From the NCBI GenBank assembly GCA_964492965.1, contig CAZBME010000015.1, forward strand, positions 13,927 through 77,926: a DNA stretch of 64,000 nucleotides. Direction: 5' to 3'. The DNA comes from an uncultured Syntrophaceae bacterium. GTDB taxonomy: Bacteria > Desulfobacterota > Syntrophia > Syntrophales > UBA8958. This document shows, in pieces, positions 8,962-19,382 of the stretch. Made by a program: the position numbers and the translations under genes. Each line of letters begins with the position of its first letter. The stretch's first letter is position 1. The notes under the pieces are model-generated. The model made no database searches. It saw nothing but the letters and a program-made list of their open reading frames with translations, and was not told where the DNA came from.

Positions 8962-10677
8962 GTGAAAAAACTGATTATGATTCTTTTAGGGATTGCCATA
9001 TGCCTTCCCGTACCGTCCTTTGCCGTTGGATTGACCGATGCTTCGCCTGGAGTCCAGACCATTATTCAGGCACGCCTTGGCCTTTTGCCACCGGCAGACC
9101 CGGGAAAATCCAGAGAACCGGCGCAGGACATCAGCCTCGTGGTCCGCGAATTTTACACCCGTCGGGATTACCGGCCGGCCTGGACCCTTCTTCAGGCGGA
9201 AGCCCTCATCAAAACCATCCGTGAAGCCGATCAGGATGGGCTCGATCCCCAAAGCTACGATCTTACGGAAATAAGAGGGCTTGTAGCAGCTTTCGGGCAT
9301 GCCAGAGAGGCCGGAGAAACCGTTTCGGAAGAAAGACAGGCCGATTTCGATCTTCTCCTGACGCAGACTTTTTTGAAATACGGCCTGCACTTGTCGCAGG
9401 GCCGGGTAGATCCGGAAGAATGGTTTTTTCAATGGGTTCCCTACCGGCGCCCAGTCGACATCCTTCAATCCCTGAAGACTGCCCTGGAGAAAAACGATGT
9501 TGAAAAAATCTTAAAAGGGCTGGCGCCCCGCCACCCCTCCTATGTACTGATGCGACAGGAACTGATTACTCTCCGGCGCATCGGTGCGACCGGCGGCTGG
9601 CCCGTCATCCCAGCCGGCGCAAAACTCAAAAAAGGCGACCATGGCCTGGCCGTTGCCCTCCTGAAGCGGCGAATGGTCATGACGGGAGATTTGAGCCCGG
9701 AAGCGATAGGCGACGACAAGCGGTTTGACGCCCCCCTGGAGATGGCTGTCCGCAGATTTCAATGGCGTCATGGTCTTAGCTTAAGCGGTGCCATCGATCC
9801 GGAGACGCGCACGGTCTTTGGCGTACCCGTCGAACAGCGTATCCGGCAGCTGGAAATCAACATGGAACGCTGGCGCTGGCTGCCTGATGATTTCGGACCC
9901 CGTTATGTCATGACCATTATCCCCGATTTCTGGCTCTATGTCGTCGATGATCAAAAGACGATCCTGTCCATGAAAACCGTCATCGGCACACCGAAACAGC
10001 CCTCGCCAGTCTTCAGCAACGAGATGAGCTACCTGGAGATCAACCCCACCTGGGGTCTGCCCAATTCCATCATTGCCAAGGAAATCATTCCCAAAGTCAA
10101 GAAAGATCCGGAATATCTAACCAAAAAACGCATTCGGATCTACAATAACTGGAGCGATAAGGCCAAAGAGATAGACCCGAAAAAGATTGATTGGGCCAAA
10201 ATCAATCCTGAAAAATTTCCTTACCGGATGATTCAGGATTCCGGGGTGAATCCCCTGGGGCGGATCAAGTTCATGTTCCCGAATGAATTCGATGTGTACC
10301 TTCACGATACCACGGAGAAATATCTTTTTAAGCGGCAACGCCGCCTGTTCAGCCATGGGTGCATCCGTGTGGAAAAGCCATACGACCTGGGGGAATGGGT
10401 CCTGAAGAATGATCCCTCCTGGTCGCGGGAACGGATCATTGCGGAGATCAAAAAGGGAAAACGCCTGCAGGTGAACCTGCCGCGAACCGTGCCTGTTCAC
10501 GTCATGTATCTGACAGCCTGGGTGGATGGAAACGGCCTGCTGCAATTTCGGAACGACTACTACGGCTACGATAAATTATATGAAGATACTCTGCGAAATA
10601 TCGATCGGCCGAAAACAGGCAAGCAGGAATCCCGGGATTTAAAGAAATCAATCAGCATGATATCCCCCAACCACTGA
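8962..10677 (+). CDS. Murein L,D-transpeptidase, YcbB/LdtD family
   Basis: Signal peptide, scaffold and PG-binding domains, INMERWRW, NPLGRIKFMFPN, YLHDT...SHGCIRV; start GTG 8962 or ATG 8935. Confidence 0.92.
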   Translation: MKKLIMILLGIAICLPVPSFAVGLTDASPGVQTIIQARLGLLPPADPGKSREPAQDISLVVREFYTRRDYRPAWTLLQAEALIKTIREADQDGLDPQSYDLTEIRGLVAAFGHAREAGETVSEERQADFDLLLTQTFLKYGLHLSQGRVDPEEWFFQWVPYRRPVDILQSLKTALEKNDVEKILKGLAPRHPSYVLMRQELITLRRIGATGGWPVIPAGAKLKKGDHGLAVALLKRRMVMTGDLSPEAIGDDKRFDAPLEMAVRRFQWRHGLSLSGAIDPETRTVFGVPVEQRIRQLEINMERWRWLPDDFGPRYVMTIIPDFWLYVVDDQKTILSMKTVIGTPKQPSPVFSNEMSYLEINPTWGLPNSIIAKEIIPKVKKDPEYLTKKRIRIYNNWSDKAKEIDPKKIDWAKINPEKFPYRMIQDSGVNPLGRIKFMFPNEFDVYLHDTTEKYLFKRQRRLFSHGCIRVEKPYDLGEWVLKNDPSWSRERIIAEIKKGKRLQVNLPRTVPVHVMYLTAWVDGNGLLQFRNDYYGYDKLYEDTLRNIDRPKTGKQESRDLKKSISMISPNH

Positions 10678-10688
10678 GGTCATTGACA

Positions 10689-12047
10689 ATGGAAGATTAT
10701 ACCGAAATCATGATTACCCTGATCAACAGCATGGCCGTCATTGCTGTGATCGCTTATCTCATGACGAAAATTCAGTTCTATCATGACATCATCGACAAGA
10801 AGATCTCATGGCGCAACCGGATTCTTTTGATCTTTGTATTCGGCCTCCTGTCCATCTATGGAACGATCAGCGGCATCCATCTCATGGGGGCCATCGCCAA
10901 TACGCGAGATCTCGGGCCGGCCCTGGGCGGTCTCTTTGCCGGTCCAATCGTGGGCGTGGGCGCCGGACTTATCGGAGGCATCCATCGTTATTCCATGGGA
11001 GGGATTACCTGTGTTTCCTGTTCCATCGCCACCGTCTTATCCGGTCTCATCGGCGGTCTGGTTTACATGTGGAACAAGGGGCGATTTGTCGGCATTACCG
11101 GCGCCGTCGTTGTGGCGATCGTCAATCAGATCATGCACTCGGCGTTGACATTGCTCATCGCCCGCCCTTTTGATCAGGCTTTTATCATTGTCCGCGATTT
11201 CACCATTCCCATGATTGTGGCCAACGGGGTAGGCATGGGATTTTACGCCTTTATCATCACGGATATGATCAAGGAAAGAGCCCTGGAAAAAACCAAACAG
11301 CTCATGGATGGTGAGCTTCAGGCGGCCCATCAGATCCAGATGAGCATGGTGCCAAAGGTGTTTCCCGAGCATGCTTCATTTCAGCTCCATGCGCACATGG
11401 ATCCGGCCAAGGAGGTCGGGGGCGATCTCTACGATTTTTTCTTTATGGATGAGCATCGCCTGGTTTTTGTCGTGGGCGATGTTTCCGGCAAAGGAGTCCC
11501 GGCATCCCTTTTTATGGCCGTCACGACGAAGCTCCTCAAGGCCAAAACCCATGAGGGCATCGGACCCCATGAAATACTTGCCGGGGTCAATCAGGAGCTC
11601 TGCCGGGAAAATGATACGAGCATGTTTGTAACCTTGTATTGCGGCGTTCTGGATACACGCACGGGCCAGGTCGCTTACTGCAATGCCGGCCATAACGCCC
11701 CGGTTCTTGCGCGTCCCGGGAAGGCGTCGGAATTCCTGCCGGCGGGAGAGCATCCGCCTCTGGGTGTCATGGAGGATTATCCTTACGAGCAAGGAACGTT
11801 TTTCCTGTCGCCAGGCGATATAATTTTCGTTTATACAGACGGCGTTACGGAGGCCATGGATCGGCAATGCAATCTCTTTTCCGATGAACGGCTTCTGAAA
11901 AGCATGGATGATGCCCAGGGGATGACCGTGGACAAGCTTGTCGAAACCATCCTGGGAGATGTTCATCTGTTTATAAAAGGTGCTCCGCCCTCTGACGATA
12001 TCACCATGCTGGCGCTGCAATATAGGCCCAATACGGATACGAGGTAA
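10689..12047 (+). CDS. Membrane sensor phosphatase: 5TMR-LYT (LytS/YhcK) domain fused to a SpoIIE/PP2C domain
   Basis: IFGLLSIYGT-like and IANTRD...GGIHRY LytS motifs; EVGGDLYD, GDVSGKG, NAGH, YTDGVTE, DDIT. Confidence 0.9.
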   Translation: MEDYTEIMITLINSMAVIAVIAYLMTKIQFYHDIIDKKISWRNRILLIFVFGLLSIYGTISGIHLMGAIANTRDLGPALGGLFAGPIVGVGAGLIGGIHRYSMGGITCVSCSIATVLSGLIGGLVYMWNKGRFVGITGAVVVAIVNQIMHSALTLLIARPFDQAFIIVRDFTIPMIVANGVGMGFYAFIITDMIKERALEKTKQLMDGELQAAHQIQMSMVPKVFPEHASFQLHAHMDPAKEVGGDLYDFFFMDEHRLVFVVGDVSGKGVPASLFMAVTTKLLKAKTHEGIGPHEILAGVNQELCRENDTSMFVTLYCGVLDTRTGQVAYCNAGHNAPVLARPGKASEFLPAGEHPPLGVMEDYPYEQGTFFLSPGDIIFVYTDGVTEAMDRQCNLFSDERLLKSMDDAQGMTVDKLVETILGDVHLFIKGAPPSDDITMLALQYRPNTDTR

Positions 12048-12053
12048 ATCGAC

Positions 12054-12800
12054 ATGCGCGATGCCCTGGCCATGTGGCAAAATACACGGATGATCGTCCT
12101 GGTTGCGGTCTGCGCCGCCATTTATGCAGCAACACTCATCGTCTTCAAAACAGCGATACCCCTCATCCCCGGCATTACGGAGGTCCGGGTGGCCAATATC
12201 TTCCCCATGGCCTTCGGTTTTCTCTTCGGACCCGCCGGCGCCTGGGGGCTGGCCATCGGCAACCTCATCGGTGATATTTTCGGCGGCACGTTGAGCCCTG
12301 CGTCAATCGCCGGCTTCTGGGGCAATTTCCTCCTGGGATATCTTCCCTATACGCTCTGGACCACTTTAATCCCCATTTCGGAGTCTGCCTATGACTGGCA
12401 GGCCAAACATTGGCGCAGCTGGTTGACCTACATCGTCATTGCCGTCATTTCGGCTGCTTCCTGCGGCGTCATGATCGGCCTGTTTACGGATGTGCTGGGG
12501 ATGGTTCCCTTTGCCGTTCTCTCGAAGATCATCACCCTTAACAATACCATCGGGTCTCTCGTGGGCGCGCTCTTCCTCGTGGCCATTTCCGACGTGGTGC
12601 GTAAACAGCTCGGTCTTTTCTGGACCGATGTGATAACCCCGAGCGTCGGGAAACATAAAAGCCTTAGGCATATCGGCGCCTGGGTCGTAACAACCGGGGC
12701 TGTCATAGGCATCCTGGGCGGTTTCATCCCCGGCATGCCTGCCTCCATTATCCCTTGGCTGTCTGCCAGCCTCATTGTTTGCGGCTGCGTCCTCTTATAG
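12054..12800 (+). CDS. ECF transporter S component, QueT-like
   Basis: AAIYAA, EVRVAN, LFGPAGAWGLAIGNLIGD motifs; followed by ECF ATPase and T genes. Confidence 0.8.
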   Translation: MRDALAMWQNTRMIVLVAVCAAIYAATLIVFKTAIPLIPGITEVRVANIFPMAFGFLFGPAGAWGLAIGNLIGDIFGGTLSPASIAGFWGNFLLGYLPYTLWTTLIPISESAYDWQAKHWRSWLTYIVIAVISAASCGVMIGLFTDVLGMVPFAVLSKIITLNNTIGSLVGALFLVAISDVVRKQLGLFWTDVITPSVGKHKSLRHIGAWVVTTGAVIGILGGFIPGMPASIIPWLSASLIVCGCVLL

Positions 12801-12807
12801 AGCCCCC

Positions 12808-14490
12808 ATGTCCGATGCCGTCCATATTCAAAACCTGACCTTCAGCTATCGCGATGCCGACCGGCCGGCTTTGAATGGTGTCACCGGGTCCATTGAAGAC
12901 GGTAGTTTTGTCGTGATAATGGGCCATGGGGGCGCCGGGAAATCCACTCTCTGCTGCGCCATGAACGGCTTGATCCCCCACTTTCACCGGGGTGCGTATG
13001 AAGGCCGCGTGATCATCCGGGATCACGATGTGGGGCACCAAACCGTTGCCGAGATGTCAAAGTTTGTGGGATTGGTGTTTCAGGATTTTGAGGCCCAGCT
13101 CTTCTCTTCCACCGTGGAACTCGAAATGGCCTTCGGGCCGGAGAACCAGCAGCTTCACCGCATGGATATAGAGCAGCGAATCACGCGTTATCTCAACTTT
13201 ATCGGCCTCACGCCAAAACGCAAAAAAGAGACGGCGACCCTGTCCGGCGGGGAAAAACAGCGACTTTGCATCGGGTCCGTTCTGGCAGCAGAACCGGAAG
13301 TCCTAGTCATGGATGAAGCAACGACGGACCTGGATCCCGAAGGCCGCCGGGGTATCATTTCCCTGGCCACCGCCCTGCGGGAAGAGGGCCGGACGCTCAT
13401 TATGGTGGACGAGTCGCCGGAGGCGGCGGTGAACGCCGATCAGGTCTGGCTGATGAAGGATGGACACCTTGTGGCCCAGGGGCCGCCGCGGGAGATTCTG
13501 GCCGATCTGCCCCTTCTCGCGTCTTGCGGTGTAGGCGCTCTGCCGACCCTGGCGCTGTTCAAGGCCATGAACTGGCCCGGCTGTCCTCTGACCGTGGAGA
13601 AAGCCCTGACCCTGATGGAAGAACATCGACTCATCCCCGCACGCCGCTCAGTACCTGATACCAGCCCCCCCCGTTCAACCGGCAATCCCGTTCTTTCGGC
13701 CCGGGGGCTTTCACACCGCTATCCTGCGGGCGATCAGACGGTCTTGAAAGACATCGACCTGGATATCGGCCAGGGTGAATTTATAGCTATTTTGGGTCGT
13801 AATGGTTCAGGCAAAACAACCCTGGCCAAGCATTTCAACGGTCTTTTAAAGCCGGCAACGGGTCGGATGCTCGTTTCCGGCAGGCCGACGACGGCCTGCA
13901 AACGACATGAACTGGCCCGGCAGGTGGGATATGTCTTCCAGAATCCCGATCACCAGATTTTTGCGCCGACGGTCCGGGAAGAAATCAGCTTCGGGTTACG
14001 CGTCCTGGGAGAAGACCCAAAAACCATCGAAAGAAATGTCGCCGAGGCTATGGAGGTGACAGGACTCGCCGGATATGACGACAAAACGCCATTCCTGCTT
14101 TCCCGGGGGGAAAGACAGCGGGTGGCTGTCGCGTCCGTTCTGGCCATCAAGCCCCAGGTGATCGTCCTCGATGAACCGACCACGGGTCTTGATGACCGCC
14201 ATCAGAGGGACGCCATGGAGATGTTAAAACGACTTCACCGCATGGGACACACAGTGGTTATTATCACCCATGCCATGGCTGTCGCTGAGGCCTATGCCGA
14301 CCGCGTGATTCTGATGAAGGCGGGAAAAATCATCGGTGACGGCCCCACCCGCGTTATCTTTTCCGATGAGGCCCTGCTGGCCGAAGCGTCTCTACTGCCT
14401 TCTCCTCTGGCGCGCCTGAGCAACAGGCTGGGCCTGGCATCTCTGACCCTGGAGGGAATGATCGAAGAAATCCGGGGAATGCGGGAATGA
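12808..14490 (+). CDS. ECF transporter ATPase with two fused ABC domains (A-A')
   Basis: Two Walker A motifs (GHGGAGKS, GRNGSGKT), LSGGEKQR and LSRGERQR signatures, FQNPDHQIF. Confidence 0.92.
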   Translation: MSDAVHIQNLTFSYRDADRPALNGVTGSIEDGSFVVIMGHGGAGKSTLCCAMNGLIPHFHRGAYEGRVIIRDHDVGHQTVAEMSKFVGLVFQDFEAQLFSSTVELEMAFGPENQQLHRMDIEQRITRYLNFIGLTPKRKKETATLSGGEKQRLCIGSVLAAEPEVLVMDEATTDLDPEGRRGIISLATALREEGRTLIMVDESPEAAVNADQVWLMKDGHLVAQGPPREILADLPLLASCGVGALPTLALFKAMNWPGCPLTVEKALTLMEEHRLIPARRSVPDTSPPRSTGNPVLSARGLSHRYPAGDQTVLKDIDLDIGQGEFIAILGRNGSGKTTLAKHFNGLLKPATGRMLVSGRPTTACKRHELARQVGYVFQNPDHQIFAPTVREEISFGLRVLGEDPKTIERNVAEAMEVTGLAGYDDKTPFLLSRGERQRVAVASVLAIKPQVIVLDEPTTGLDDRHQRDAMEMLKRLHRMGHTVVIITHAMAVAEAYADRVILMKAGKIIGDGPTRVIFSDEALLAEASLLPSPLARLSNRLGLASLTLEGMIEEIRGMRE

Positions 14491-15281
14491 ATATATCCCT
14501 CTACCAGGATAAAGCGACATGGTTGCACCGCCTGGATCCCCGGACAAAACTGGTCGGCGTTGCCATCATTTTTACGCTTTGCCTGTGCTTTAACCATCCC
14601 CTCTACATGGCGGCTCTGACGGTGGCGATTCTGTGTGTCATCTTTTCAAGCCGAGCCCAAGGGGCATTATGGATGCTTCGATATCTTATCCTGATGCTCT
14701 TTCTTTTCAGTCTTATTCTCTGGCCCTTTTTCGTCAAAGGGCCGACCCGCCTGCTCAATTGGCATTTCCTGGAAATCAGCCGCGAATCGCTTCTTTACGG
14801 CATTGCCATGGGACTGCGGCTGGCTACCTTCGTCATGGGGGGGCTTCTCCTGCTGGCGACCACACGCAATGAGGAGATGAGCAGCGGCTTCATCCGTATG
14901 GGCCTTCCTTATCCCGTCGCCTTTGCCCTGGCCACGGCCCTGAGGCTGGTGCCCACGTTCGTCGGCGCCGGTGCGACGATCATTCAGGCCCAGGTTTCCC
15001 GGGGCCTTGATCTGGAGTCAAAAAATATCCTGTCGCGCTTTGGCAAGTTCCTGCCGTTGGCCGTACCCATGTTCATCTCCGCCATCCGCTATACGAACCT
15101 TCTTTCCATGGCCCTGGAATCCAGAGGTTTCAGTCCCGGCGCGCCCAGAACCCTTTATTATGAGCCCCGGATGACGGGAAAGGATTGGTTTGTCCTGTCC
15201 TTCCTGGCGGCTCTCCTGGCGGGCCTTCTTTACATGAGGCTGGTCCTGCAATGGGGATCGGTTATTCCGGGAAGGATATAG
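14487..15281 (+). CDS. ECF transporter T component (CbiQ/EcfT family)
   Basis: LHRLDPRTK, AQVSRG and ALESRGF Arg motifs. Confidence 0.92.
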   Translation: MNISLYQDKATWLHRLDPRTKLVGVAIIFTLCLCFNHPLYMAALTVAILCVIFSSRAQGALWMLRYLILMLFLFSLILWPFFVKGPTRLLNWHFLEISRESLLYGIAMGLRLATFVMGGLLLLATTRNEEMSSGFIRMGLPYPVAFALATALRLVPTFVGAGATIIQAQVSRGLDLESKNILSRFGKFLPLAVPMFISAIRYTNLLSMALESRGFSPGAPRTLYYEPRMTGKDWFVLSFLAALLAGLLYMRLVLQWGSVIPGRI

Positions 15282-15361
15282 ATCCTCATCCCCCATCGCC
15301 TCTCCTCTGTCGCCTTCATCGCATCGCTGAAGACCGCAGGGCATCAAAAGGTACGCAAAAC

Positions 15362-15398
15362 AAACCGGCCGCCGGGAGGTCCCGAAACGGCCGGTTTT
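15362..15398. terminator. Probable bidirectional intrinsic terminator between convergent genes
   Basis: AAACCGGCCG...CGGCCGGTTTT inverted repeat. Confidence 0.55.
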
Positions 15399-15458
15399 AT
15401 GCCATTGTCATAGAGTATGATTATGTTCCCGATTGGCGTTCTGCCGACCGCCGCAGGA

Positions 15459-15938
15459 TCAGGACAGGGTTGACAGATAGGAACGGAGATTCACTTTTTT
15501 GTTGTTCAGGCCCAGTTTGTTGCGGATATGATTTCTGTGAAGATCGATGGCGCTCTTCGAAACATTCATGACCTTCGCGATATCCTTTGTCTTTTTCCCA
15601 TCCCGGATAAGACTGGCAACCTGAATCTCTTTCGGTGTAAATCCCAGATAGGTTGACGTCAATTTCATGAGGAATGGGGCGGTAATCTCGTTGAGATGGA
15701 TCTCGATAATTTCCAGAAAGATACTTTGCGATTCATCGAGGGTCGTCGTTTTCAGCTTTTCAATATAGGGCAGAACCAGATCCTTCACATTAGCGATGAC
15801 TTTTATCCCTACTTCATTTTTATCATCTTCCCGGTGCTTGAGCAGGACCTTCATGGCGGCATTCAGCTCTTCCATAGATTTTGCGCCGGCCTCCAGTTCT
15901 GCCACCCTTCTTTCCAATTCTTCCTGTGTGTTGCGCAT
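15459..15938 (-). CDS. LuxR-type HTH transcriptional regulator (coiled coil plus HTH only)
   Basis: FTPKEIQVASLIRDGKKTKDIA...HRNHIRNKLGL; ATG 15938 after AAGGAGA. Confidence 0.85.
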   Translation of the reverse strand: MRNTQEELERRVAELEAGAKSMEELNAAMKVLLKHREDDKNEVGIKVIANVKDLVLPYIEKLKTTTLDESQSIFLEIIEIHLNEITAPFLMKLTSTYLGFTPKEIQVASLIRDGKKTKDIAKVMNVSKSAIDLHRNHIRNKLGLNNKKVNLRSYLSTLS

Positions 15939-16327
15939 CGCTTGATCTCCTTTCTTCAAGTAGCATCTCTAAAAGGTGTTTTCATGTTCTGCTTATCCGG
16001 CTGTCCCAATGATTCTGCTGAGAAAAATACTGATCAATCTCCTGCAATATAAGCACCGGATGAAATGGGAAGATGGAAAGAAAAAATCCGAAATGGGAAC
16101 GCGAGCTATAGCGCAGGTTAAATGTTATGCTTATATATATGATAAAAGACTGATAAAATCAAGTAAAATATTATCAGCGGGGAGAGGATATCTTCTCCAC
16201 GGGGTAAGATGCTTCTAAGGCAATCGGGACCTTAAAGATTTTTGTTATTGACACTTTATATCCTTTCCGCTACACCATGCCAAATTGTTAATCCACCTGA
16301 GTCAAAGGAACCCTCAAGTCGCCCGTT

Positions 16328-16984
16328 ATGGATCTGCTCATTACTTTCGCCGATTATTTTATCCACCTGGATCGTCATTTAGGGGCTTTGATTCAGAACT
16401 TTGGCGGGTGGACCTACGTTATCCTGTTTTTGATCATCTTTTGCGAAACAGGGCTGGTCGTTACCCCCATATTGCCGGGGGATTCTCTCCTTTTCGGGCT
16501 GGGGGCCTTTGCTGCCAACCCCTACCTGAAAGGTCCCCTGGAGATTGAATGGCTTCTGGTTATCCTGGGTACGGCAGCCATTTTAGGTGATACGGTTAAT
16601 TATGCCATTGGGAAATATTTGGGGCCGAAAGTATTCCACTTTGAAGACGGCCGTTTTTTTAAAAAGGAATATCTGCAGCGAACCCATGAATTTTATGAAA
16701 AGTACGGCGGGAAAACGATCATAATCGCACGTTTTATGCCTATCATCCGGACCTTCGCCCCCTTTGTTGCCGGAATCGGCCAAATGACATACAGCCGGTT
16801 CGTTTTCTACAACATCGCAGGCGGCATCTTATGGATCGCCTCATTTCTGCTGGGCGGCTATTTCTTCGGTAATTTCCCCGTCGTGAAAGAAAACTTTACC
16901 CTGGTCATTATTGCTATCGTCATTATTTCCGTCATGCCGGGCATTTATGAATATGTGCGGCAGCGCTACCTGGTGAGAGGTTGA
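16328..16984 (+). CDS. dedA: DedA family membrane protein
   Basis: [39 protein letters not shown]. Confidence 0.93.
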   Translation: MDLLITFADYFIHLDRHLGALIQNFGGWTYVILFLIIFCETGLVVTPILPGDSLLFGLGAFAANPYLKGPLEIEWLLVILGTAAILGDTVNYAIGKYLGPKVFHFEDGRFFKKEYLQRTHEFYEKYGGKTIIIARFMPIIRTFAPFVAGIGQMTYSRFVFYNIAGGILWIASFLLGGYFFGNFPVVKENFTLVIIAIVIISVMPGIYEYVRQRYLVRG

Positions 16985-16991
16985 ATGGAGC

Positions 16992-17870
16992 ATGAAAAAA
17001 GGTTTGTCCCTTGTTTTATTTCTCATATTCTTAAGCAATCCCGGCCATGTCTGGGCCGAAGGCGCCAATATCTTCAAGATTGGCGAAAGTGTCATCGTCG
17101 ATAGCGGGACCAAAGTGAGCTCGGTCACGACGATCAACGGCCAGATCACCATAAACGGCAAGGTGGAAGGCAATGTGACCGCTATCGGCGACTCCATTGT
17201 CTTGACGAAAAGAGCGGTTGTCGAAGGCAATGTAACCAGCATCGGCGGTGTGGTTGTCCTCGGTAAAGGGGCTGAGGTCCAGGGAAAACTGACGGAAATC
17301 AACTCATCCAATGTTTCGGATGTGATTTCCACGTTGCTCAGCGATGACTGGGAAGGCTGGTCCTGGGTGTGGGCCATTTTTTCCCTGATTATATTTTTCA
17401 GCGTCCTCATCATTGCCCTTCTTCTGGCCGCCCTGCTTCCCGCACACGTACGCGCCGTTTCCCAGGCTATGCAAGCGGAGACATTGAAAGTTACGCTTTG
17501 GGGGATTCTTGGGTTGATTCTGATTGTTCCCCTAGCGGTTCTCCTGACAATCTCCGTTGTCGGAATCGTCCTGATCCCCCTGGAAATCATCCTTGTCACA
17601 TGTGCTGCGCTCATGGGTTTTATTGCCATGTCTCAACTGATCGGACAACGGGCTTACGGCCTCTTCAAAAGAACGAATCGGCATATCATTCGTGAAATAT
17701 TCTGGGGGCTGGTGGTTCTCTGGGGTGTCGGCTGGATACCTTATATCGGATGGATGGTGAAAGTGATTGTCCTGACGCTGGGACTGGGAGCCGTTATTTA
17801 TACCCGCTTTGGTACAGCGCATCACACGGACCCACAGAAACAGATGGCACCGGCGCCAGTCGAAAATTAG
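16992..17870 (+). CDS. Membrane protein with an exported bactofilin-like beta-helix region
   Basis: Signal peptide, repeated V-x-G-N-V-T-x-I-G-G units, then several TM helices. Confidence 0.65.
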   Translation: MKKGLSLVLFLIFLSNPGHVWAEGANIFKIGESVIVDSGTKVSSVTTINGQITINGKVEGNVTAIGDSIVLTKRAVVEGNVTSIGGVVVLGKGAEVQGKLTEINSSNVSDVISTLLSDDWEGWSWVWAIFSLIIFFSVLIIALLLAALLPAHVRAVSQAMQAETLKVTLWGILGLILIVPLAVLLTISVVGIVLIPLEIILVTCAALMGFIAMSQLIGQRAYGLFKRTNRHIIREIFWGLVVLWGVGWIPYIGWMVKVIVLTLGLGAVIYTRFGTAHHTDPQKQMAPAPVEN

Positions 17871-17948
17871 AAGGTAAAAGCAAAGTCTTCAAATTATCAG
17901 GAAAGGTTTTACTGTTTCCTGGCAGAAAGTGTGGCAGGAAGGACAGCT

Positions 17949-19298
17949 ATGGGAAAATTATTCGGAACGGACGGCATCCGCGGCATGGCCAATCAATACC
18001 CCATGACCGCAGAGATGGCCCTGAACGTGGGGCGGGCAACGGCTCATATCTTCAAGCGTCGCGGGCATTCTCCCCGGATCATCATCGGCAAGGATACGCG
18101 TCTGTCGGGTTATATGTTTGAAAATGCTCTCGTTTCCGGGATCTGTTCCATGGGAGTCCACGCGATCCTGGTCGGCGTTATCCCCACGCCGGGGATCGCC
18201 TTTCTGACGGGCAGTATGCGGGCCGACGCAGGTATTGTCATTTCCGCCTCCCACAACCCTTTTCATGACAATGGATTCAAGATCTTTTCCGGCGAGGGGT
18301 TCAAGCTCCCCGACGAGAAGGAATCCGCCATCGAGGAGATGGTGTTTGCCGAGAACATGCAGGACCTCCATCCCTCTCCCCGGGAGCTGGGAAAGGCCTT
18401 TCGCATGGAAGATGCCCGTGGCCGCTATATTGTTTTCCTGAAGCATGCCTTTCCCAAGGCGTTCAGCCTCGAAGGGATGAAAATTGTCCTGGATTGCGCC
18501 AACGGCGCCACATATCGCGTGGCTCCCGAAACTTTTGCCGAGTTGGGCGCCGAGGTTATCACCCTCTTCGACGAACCCAACGGGGAGAATATTAATGTGG
18601 ATTGTGGGTCTCAACACCCCGAACACCTGGCCAGGGAAGTACTGAAACAAGGTGCGGATGCCGGATTTGCCTTTGATGGTGATGGCGACCGTGTCATTGC
18701 CGTGGATGAAACGGGTGCGGTCCTGACGGGAGACCGGATTCTGGCGATCTGTGCGAAATATATGAAGGAAGAAGGAATGCTGGACAATAACCTCGTGGTT
18801 CGCACCGTGATGAGTAATATCGGCCTGACCATCGCCTTTCGCGAACTGGGGATCGATTCGATGATGACGGACGTGGGCGACCGATACGTCCTGGAGGCCA
18901 TGCAGGCCCGAGGCGCCGTCATCGGCGGGGAGGACTCGGGGCATCTTATTTTTCTGCAGCATCACACCTCAGGCGACGGGATTACGACGGCCCTGCAGGT
19001 CCTGGCGGCGATGAGACGCAGCGATCAACCCTTATCCGACCTTGCGAAAATCATGACTGTCTATCCCCAGGTTCTCATCAATGTGGACGTGAAGGAACGC
19101 CGCGACATCTCAACGGTGCCGAAAATCGTGGAGGCGATTCGGGACGTGGAGGAAAAACTTGGCACCCGCGGTCGTGTTCTGGTTCGCTATTCGGGAACCC
19201 AGCCGCTTTGCCGCATCATGGTGGAGGGGCCGACGCAGGAAGAAACGGATGCCCATTGCCGCCGGATCACCCAGGTTATAAAAGAGGAATTAAGTTAA
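17949..19298 (+). CDS. glmM: Phosphoglucosamine mutase
   Basis: LFGTDGIRG, ISASHNP, DGDGDR, GGEDSGH, VRYSGTQP. Confidence 0.95.
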   Translation: MGKLFGTDGIRGMANQYPMTAEMALNVGRATAHIFKRRGHSPRIIIGKDTRLSGYMFENALVSGICSMGVHAILVGVIPTPGIAFLTGSMRADAGIVISASHNPFHDNGFKIFSGEGFKLPDEKESAIEEMVFAENMQDLHPSPRELGKAFRMEDARGRYIVFLKHAFPKAFSLEGMKIVLDCANGATYRVAPETFAELGAEVITLFDEPNGENINVDCGSQHPEHLAREVLKQGADAGFAFDGDGDRVIAVDETGAVLTGDRILAICAKYMKEEGMLDNNLVVRTVMSNIGLTIAFRELGIDSMMTDVGDRYVLEAMQARGAVIGGEDSGHLIFLQHHTSGDGITTALQVLAAMRRSDQPLSDLAKIMTVYPQVLINVDVKERRDISTVPKIVEAIRDVEEKLGTRGRVLVRYSGTQPLCRIMVEGPTQEETDAHCRRITQVIKEELS

Positions 19299-19382
19299 CA
19301 GGCTGAACGGGCAACCCATCCGTCATAGCATGGATAATTTTGTGCAAACCGTTGCTTTCTGCACACCTAAATCGGGAGTCTC

